NCBI GenBank assembly: GCA_900088475.1
Contig: FLMG01000547.1
Span: 10,530 to 74,529, forward strand
Source: Hyphochytrium catenoides
Lineage: Eukaryota; Protista; Hyphochytriomycota
DNA length: 64,000 nucleotides
Reading direction: 5' to 3'
The position numbers and the translations under genes were made by a program. Below the pieces are notes generated by a model. It saw nothing but the letters and a program-made list of their open reading frames with translations, was not told the DNA's origin and did no database searches. How positions within the stretch are numbered: position 1 is the stretch's first letter; each line of letters begins with the position of its first letter. Shown here piece by piece: positions 56,601 to 64,000 of the stretch.

Positions 56601-59600
56601 CATTGTCGACCGACAAGCGCAAGTTCATAGTATCTCCCTGAAGACGAGCTTCCAAATCAACGAAGGGACTTTCAGGCTTACACTCCGTAACAGGGGTACG
56701 TTACTGGGGACACCATCCCCAAACACTTCCTTAGCCTCTGCGGATGCAAAAGCGACTAGTTCTAACTCTTGACTAGCTCTTCTTTTCATGGCTCAGGCTG
56801 GTGCATCAACCCGCGAAGTCCTTCTTGTTTCCACCCAGTGCATCCTCATTGCTCTTGCTCGTCTAACGTGCATTTATGGTCCATTCTCAGGCAACACCAA
56901 CACGACCAATCAAATCCCCTTCGACGCCTCTTCTCTAGGCTTGAAGGCTGCAATAGAGGAACTTGGCAATGTCGGGCCAGTTGCGGTGGAACGGGAGGGC
57001 AATCGAATCGAGGGCTTCCGCTGGCTGGTTACGTGGCTCTTTGAGGTTGAGCCTATCCAGGAGCTTCAAGTCTCCTGGCAGAGCCCTGGTACTGCAATTG
57101 CGAGCCCTTAGGGTCCTTTTCCCATACCTGTTACCTTAACTTCAACTGACAGCAGTGTCCACAATAGGTTGTCCAGGTTCTGTAACCTGCTGCAGTGATT
57201 GCGTCCCGATTAACTCTGCTTATCTCCCGGACCCGGACAACCAGATGCTGACAGAAGAGATCACAGCTGTCACTACCTGGGCATCCACGGAGAAGCTGTT
57301 GGCACCAGATCGACTGGCTGCAGACCGCTTCGGGCACTCTGTGGACCTTAGCACTGACCTGCTCGTGGTTGGAGCTTACAGCTCTCAAGGACTAAGCAGC
57401 ACAACGTGGAACTTTGAAACAGGTAAGAGACAGGTGCCATAGGTCAGATCAGAGAGGACAGTCTGGCGGCCTAAATAATCCAGAACCAGAGAGGATAGGC
57501 ACTAGAGCCTGATTGGAAAGAGAGGTTATGCCATCTGAGTTGAGATAGTTGGCAACGTTTAGGGCAAGGAAGAACTTCCCTTACGCTGTCTTCTTGCCGC
57601 AGGCACCTTGACAGGCTGGAAGAAGACTGGAACAGCCTTTGATCGGCAGCCCACCTTTGGGGACAACTCTCTCCGCCGTCCATCCTACGCTGACCCAAGA
57701 GTACTTCCACAGACCTTTGAGCCTTCCGCACCTGAAGGCCGCTACTGGATAGGGACATACGAGAACCGTACTGGAGCTGCATGGAAAGATGACTTTGAGC
57801 CTAACAGTTGCTCTTTCCTTGGTAAAGGCAACTTTGTATAACCTTAGTATCCTTTCGCGACCTTTCCTCCCCAGTCCTCTTGAAGACCGGCTAACTATTA
57901 TTCTGCCTCCTGGCACGATTTCAGCTCATCCTTAGGGTGTGACAAAGCTGTATTCTACTGGTCGATTATTGGATCCCCACTCTTGCCGCTAAAGGCGTCT
58001 CATGATATGTCATTGCAGGTTCACAGCAGTGCACTCCCGCCGATTCCTTACTTGCTGGACCTTCAGAGGCTGGTGCTTCTGCAGGTGATGAGCCTCAGGG
58101 AACCTTGACATCTCAGCCTTTCTTTATCGCCGGAACTAGTGTCAGCTTTAAAGTGGGGGGAGGGTGTGACCGTTATTCTGTATACGTCGAACTGCTGGTG
58201 GACGGGGAAGCTGTACGCCGGAGCACAGGTAAGAATGGAGGACTGTTGCTTCCCTCCGCTTCTGGCTGCACGTCTTTACTATATAGCAGTCCATCACTTT
58301 TAGACCAATCTGTCTTACTCACAGTTAGCATTATCCTGCACCATTTTCCTCTCCTGCTTTGTGCAGTCGCCGACCCCCACCTATAGCGTCTGATCGCTGC
58401 ACGTCTGACGCATACTCCATCTAGGTACTTGCTCTGAATGGATGCAGGACGTGACTTGGGATGTCTCCGCCTATCAGAACCGCACGGGTCAAGTGCGCAT
58501 CGTTGACGCCTCCAGCGCGCGATGGGGTCACATTAACTGTGACGACTTCAGATTTGACTGGGATGTGCAGCGGATGCACACACCACAGGTTCGTTAAGAT
58601 CTTGGAAACAACAAAGCGTAGTAGCTACAAGGTGTAGTGATGAACTCGAGGGACGAACCGGCGAAAAGCTGCCACAAATTCACGTATAACCACGGTCTTT
58701 TGCTAAAAGGAATAAGGGTCCTCTCACGCTACTTACGTTCATACCTTTCCTTGTCCCCAGAGCGGTGGTGCTTACCTGTATGAGCGGAGGGTGACTGGCA
58801 CCTTACGCCCTTGCCTAGGCAAGCGACATGGCGGATGCCAATGGGCTCATCACTCTAAACTGCAAGCTTCAGACAAGAGGGCTAAAGAGCAGTTTGGTTA
58901 CCAGGTAATTGCAAGAGGGCTCGCTGGCGGTATCTTAGTTCAAACACATGCTCTGTCAGTCTCATGATCGCCAAATGTAGGTGTCCGTGGATAGTGCAAC
59001 CGGGATTATTGCTGTCGGCGCTCCTCAAGCCGGACCCGTAGACCGCTGGAACTCTCCGTCTAAGAGCAACTCCTCGGACTCTCTCTCGCCTGGTGCTGTC
59101 TACTTGTTCGACTTGACAGCGGCTGTGATAGACGAGTTTGGAGACTTGGTCTCACCCTCTCTTTCACCTGCCTCCGAGAGCTCCAAGCTGCAGCTGCAGG
59201 TTCATAGAGATGACTTCCAAGGTCTCGGAACTGCGGTGGCCCTCCGCGGAGCTAGAGTTTTAATCGGTGAGGATGCCCAGCAGAGCTAGAAGATACCCTC
59301 AAGCCGTGAGAAAGCTAACTCGGGGTGCTTCTTCTTCTCCTTTCCTGTCTTGTTTGTGCTTTATGGTGCACAGGGGCTTCTCGGCATGGGGCCGGCGCTG
59401 CTTTCAGCTTCGATGTCTCATCTCTTGGGGTAAGATTCACGAAGAAAGTCTTTCCTGCCAAGGAAGGAGCTGCCGAGGGCGCGGCGATTGTCTCCCTTAG
59501 TAGGAAGGAGGGCACTTTGGGCCAAAGAATAACGCTGAGCATTGCCACTAGCGACCAAGAAGCAGGTCAGGACCATAGACCATAGGAGCACAGTCCACTT

Positions 59601-60441
59601 AGCAGGGGACGGGCCTTGTCGAATATGCAACTAGAAGAGACCGACAGGCGTATTTGATGGCAGAACAATGCGGGTCTTTCAGTTCTCTATCCGAAGCGTT
59701 AAACGGTTATCGGGAGACAGAGACACACTTCACTTCATTAGACGTGGAAGGGGCAGGATAGGAGGTAGACCGAGAGAGAGAGAAGTCTAAGAAGAGGGAG
59801 ACAGGACGGAGGATATGCGTATCTTTGATGGGGTCAGCGCCATGGGGGGAAATTTTAGGTCTCCTGCACGTCCGTCTGACCCGTTAACTCACCGCTACAG
59901 TCGGCGTGGATGCTCTGACCTATGGGCGATGCATGGGAAGGCCTCTCTTCCAACGCCAGGGCTGTGGGGACTATCGGCAGACGGAGCAGCTGGTAAGGCA
60001 CAAGCAAGAGTGGGGGAACAGATCAGAGGCATCAAGAGGAGCCTTTGGTTTCAAACAAAGCCCTTCAATCTAAAATTTAAAAGGGCGAGTGATAGAAGGC
60101 GAAAGCCCACCTGTAAGGGAGAGACTCCGAGTAGGAAGCTATTTTTCCTTACTTTTCCGTGCACCAATGGAACCCTAGTATCGCCACTACTTCACCTGAC
60201 ACGATCTTTGCGCGCTGTGTGCCCTGGCTGTGAGTAGGTGACCTTTCTCGAAGATCAAACCAGTGTCGACGTGGCCATTCCGCTCGTAGACGACGATTGC
60301 CGTCAGCGAGTGAGAGAGAGGCGAATTGCCCTGAACCTATTCATTGTGGGCGGCCCGCCGCTACTGAGTGAACAGCACAGGGCGTGGGTCAGGATTGATG
60401 ATGACGATATCGACAGAGAGGAATGCCAGGAAGGAGGATGA
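44620..60441 (+). CDS. Giant secreted adhesin-like protein: Ig-like repeats, 8 bacterial-adhesin-type beta-sandwich repeats, FG-GAP (integrin-alpha propeller) repeats with inserted modules, Calx-beta domains; dozens of exons
   Basis: Signal-like MRRLILSHPLIKPTIQLILVLYICLIGVCG (spliced). Repeats GxYxxGdxIxIxVxFxxxVxVxGxPxL...YxSGSGTxxLxFxYxV; many FGxSVxxxGxxxVVGAP...GAAYIF blades; Calx-beta LRFSAGEVELPITVRTTDDVLLEAPDEKFNV and VTFLEDQTSVDVAIPLVDDD. Stop at 60441. That all of this is one gene is inferred from same-strand GT-AG continuity. Confidence 0.8.
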
Positions 60442-60636
60442 CTGACATTCTGAACTAGAAAAGAAAAGGGAGTCGCCTTTTCAAGGATGACAGGCGCTCT
60501 GTCGCAAAAGAGCTTCTGCTCGTCTCTGGAGCATCCAGTGTCTATTATATGCTTCCTATTTATGACAGGCTCTCTCAACCTATTCCCCTTGCATCAGACG
60601 AAAGAGGGAAACGGTCGGGAGAAGGAGAAGATTCCT

Positions 60637-61975
60637 TTATTCTGATAATAGAGCCTCTTGTTCATCAGCTACGGCTATCGAATCCTCACCCTCTTGACCA
60701 TACCCTTCCTCCTCTTGTCTCTTCTTCCTGGCATCCCACAGCTCCATGAGTCGTGTCCGGATTAGATTCACCCTCTCCCTTTCCTCGTCCGTCTGGACAC
60801 GAGATATTACCCGCTGCCACGTGTCTCTTGAAGGCAATTTTCCCTCTTGTGCCATAAGTTCTAGTAGGCACAATGCCTCGTTCAGGTACCCCCAGTCCGC
60901 ACAGCACTCAATCACCAGAGAGTACAAATATAGCGTGTCCTCTAGGCCATCCTCCTGCACCATCGTCAGGACCTAATTGAACGGTAAACGGAGTAAACGT
61001 GGAGGAAGAAGAGGTCATTTGGATGGACGGCGAGGAGATTTTTCTCAAGGGAAATAAACAGAAATTGATGAGAATGGGCAGAGTGAGCAGTAGACAGCGG
61101 AAGATAGCGGCCGGCTTATGCATCCCAATAGGCCCGGTGCTCACCTTAAGCAGTCCAAAGACGTTTTTCTGCATATAATATCCTTTGACAAGCGGCCAGT
61201 AGTGCGATGGTACAGGGGTCAGTCCACCAGCCTTGAACATCTTCAAGAGCTTTTCTGCAAGCTCTGGCTCCTCTTTCAGGCAACGGAGGAGTGCTGAGCA
61301 GAATATACCGGTAGGCGTGATGCCATAGATTATCGCCTGCTGAAAGTACCAGAGAGCCTGCCTGGACTCAAGCTTCTTATAATTGCAATGGAGGAACACT
61401 TGACCACACGAGCCAGAAAGGGGCGCCGAGGGAGAGAGAAGAAGCGGGGAAGATAGCGCAATTAGTTGGTTGATCTAACGCGGGGCAAGGACATCGATAG
61501 AGTACAAAGGTTGATCGTTCTCGGCTGATGGCCTCGTCATCGGATTGCCTCTCACTCTTAGCCTTCTCTCCCTCCAACCCGCTCGCCATGACTCTTAACC
61601 TGAGCTCTCTCTTTGTTTGCCCTATGGTTCTTACCTAGCTGAAAAGTGGAAGCATCGACCATCTTCTGCTGATAAAGCTCGTTCAACAACTCATTCAGAC
61701 CTGAAGTGTTGGGCTCCAGTATGAGCAGATCGTTTAGGATCTGAGACGAGTGCATCTCGGTCTTCGTTCTCATTTGTGAAACGATACGGGGAATCCTGCC
61801 CAATCCCCGTCCTCTCCTCAGTATCCTGATGACGAGCTGCATGTGGACCGGGTAGATATCCAATCCTAACCGCGACATTGCTCTCAGCAGTCCGAGAGCA
61901 AATGCGAAAGGCATTGAATTGGAGTTGTCTCTGGCCTTTCTAAGGATAAGGAGATATTGATACTGGATNNNNNNN

Positions 61976-62012
<37 letters not shown>

Positions 62013-63023
62013 ACAAGAGAGAGAGAATGAGAAAGAAAGAGAGAAAGAAAGAAAGAAAAAAGGACAGAAAGAGAGACCCACACGGAAAGAGAGAGAGTAA
62101 GTCAATAACTCAGACAGACAACAGCAAAAACGGGCTTCTGGGTGGAGACTCAATCAACCAAGAAGCTGCTTTAGTGGCGGGAGAACTCTAAAAGAGGGAA
62201 CTGTAGGCCCCATGAACCAAACAACGAGATCATCCAGGGAAGAAGGGAACAAAACGGCACGGTGGAAAATCTGGTAGAAGAAGTCTGAGGACATACCGAC
62301 GAGCGAATGGATTCAGGAGCTAAGTACACGATTCCTGAGAGTGTACGCGCAGGAAAGTCAGCAAACCAAGAGAGAGAGAAAGGTAAAGAGAGATGCAAGG
62401 ACATCTGGGGCAGGAGAGACGAAACGAGCAAGGAAGAGATGAGACGAGCATGGAGCAGAAGAGACCGAAAGGGACAAAGAATGATGGGAAAGAGAGAGCA
62501 TGTCGCAACTCTTGTGAGCGAGGCAGGCAGAAATGATGAAAGCGATGGAGAGCCAAGGAGAGAGAAGCCTTGCGAAGGAGATCAACAGAATGTCAGGTGG
62601 TCTTACTCGCTGCATCCTGCAAGGGGATGACTTGCTGGCGAGTGACGATGAAGATGATGAGGTCCAAGGTCTTAATGTCAAGACTTTTTAAGTTCTCCAT
62701 CCATTCCTTCATAAGCTTTTAAGGAAGCAGAAGTAAAAAACGAGCGAAGAGAGAGAAACCGATGAAACGAGAGAGGGCAAGGAGAGAGAGTGTGAGATAT
62801 AAGTTTGATTGGAGAGTGAGAGACTGATTCAGAGACAAGGAAGAAAGACTGGTGGAAGGACACAGGCAAGAGATGGGGCATCGTAGGTCGGAAAGCGTCG
62901 ACAAGCAGACGAATGAATGAGCGAGCACAATGAAGCATGAAACATCTACCAACTGAGCACCAAGGCTAGTCCCTGTCCGCCTCTCTTTCTCTCTCTCTTT
63001 CCCTCTCTCTTTCTCTCTCTCTT

Positions 63024-63068
<45 letters not shown>

Positions 63069-63947
63069 CACACACACACTCTGTCTCTCTCTCTCTCTCT
63101 CCTCTCTTGTTTTCTCTCGCCCCTCCCACTTCCCCCTCTGTGTATATAAATGCGTCTCTCCTTGTCGCTATCTTTTAATCTTCCTCTTGGTGCCGCTCTC
63201 TCTTCAATCTCTCTCTCTCTCCTCCCAAAGCACCGGGCTAGGCCTTACCTGCATCCACTCTTCCTGTGTGACATCCTCTCGGCTCCTCTTCATCATCGCG
63301 GCCATCTGGAAAGCAATATTTGTCTTTGTCCGGAACTTCCGCGCTTCTTCTTTCTCTTCCTCCAGCACCGTTCTAGACTTATTCACCACGTCTCTCGTTC
63401 CTTCCCACTCGCCTCTACCATCGTGAGGAGTGCGATAGCTCATCTGTTGGGAGAACAGAGAGAGACAGAGAGAAATAGCCTTGCTGGCACTCTCTGTTGC
63501 CTGCTGAGTTATCTGCTCTCTTGACGACGCATCTACGAAGGGTTGCGCGGAGGATTCAAAGGGAAAGAAGGCCCCTTGTCTGGCTCTCCAGAGCTCTCTT
63601 TGCTCCCGCAACTCGTCGTGGATGATCTCTCCATTGAGAGGCGGAAGGCAAAACATGAACTGCCGAGAGAGACCCGAAACATTCGCAGAGGCAGAAGAGT
63701 CAAGAATGCGGCGATCATTAGCCCTGCGCCCGGGCACGTCAAGCACACGGCGAGATAGTCTGCCCTTCGGAGGCTGAGGAAGTCTCAGCAGCTCTTCGGC
63801 TCCTGAGAGGAAAGAGAAGGGGAGGTGCACAGGACGGAAGGAGACATTTTCCACTGCCTGGGCGGGGCCTTGGCGTCTGGAGCCTGTGAGGTGCAGGTCT
63901 AGCGGTGTCCATCGCAAGCCCGAGACGCGGCTCCTTCTTGAAGACAT
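60637..63947 (-). CDS. Pentatricopeptide-repeat-like protein, multi-exon; 5' part uncertain
   Basis: PPR-like helices YSLVIECCADWGYLNEALCLLELMAQEGKLPSRDTWQRVI and FCSALLRCLKEEPELAEKLLKMFKAGGLTP. Upstream exon candidates lie at ~62610-62715 and 63204-63947. Confidence 0.6.
61969..61975. other. Assembly gap (7 N)
   Basis: nnnnnnn sits at the exon/(GA)n junction and hides a probable splice acceptor of the PPR-like gene. Confidence 0.99.
61976..62098. repeat. (GA)n/(GAAA)n microsatellite in an intron
   Basis: agagagagagaaagagagagag...gaaagaaagaaa. Confidence 0.95.
62981..63120. repeat. (CT)n microsatellite with a short (CA)n
   Basis: ctctctttctctctctctttccctctctct...ctctctctgcctcacacacacactctgtctctctct. 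Confidence 0.95.
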
Positions 63948-64000
63948 CGTGGCGTGAGGCTCACGTCATGGCCCACACAAGAGAGAAGAAAAAGAGAGAG

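Noticed and set aside
1-64000. Bacterial contamination or non-standard genetic code
   Set aside because: Bacterial-like genes are interleaved with intron-rich eukaryotic genes, the MurL-like gene has introns, and TAA, TAG and TGA all terminate well-supported genes.
1-64000. tRNA or rRNA genes
   Set aside because: No cloverleaf or rRNA-conserved segments recognised by eye; tRNAscan-SE/Infernal would be needed to exclude them.

Overview
Eukaryotic nuclear DNA of roughly balanced GC content, with many short GT-AG introns (mostly ~45-100 nt). The gene set (enkurin, an oomycete-style GPCR-TKL kinase, a giant FG-GAP/Calx-beta protein) suggests a flagellated stramenopile; this taxonomy is inference. 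From left to right: degenerate repeat relics flanking an intronless secreted disintegrin-repeat gene; an intronless mucin/CBM-like/VWD(GDPH)/EGF gene; a 3-exon homologue of the bacterial peptidoglycan epimerase MurL; housekeeping genes (enkurin, BTF3/NAC-beta, TBC1D23-like, gamma-glutamyl hydrolase); ankyrin genes including a claudin-like 4TM-ankyrin fusion; a 7TM GPCR fused to a TKL kinase; an 8-exon tyrosine recombinase with intact catalytic motifs and a GCR1_C-like tail (Crypton-like element), next to an intronless bacterial-type GNAT; a ~15.8 kb adhesin-like gene; and a PPR-like gene in a (GA/CT)n-rich zone containing a 7-nt assembly gap. The best leads are the intron-bearing MurL homologue, the Crypton-like recombinase with the GNAT locus, and the GPCR-kinase fusion. 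All exon models and family calls were made by eye from motifs; no database search was run.
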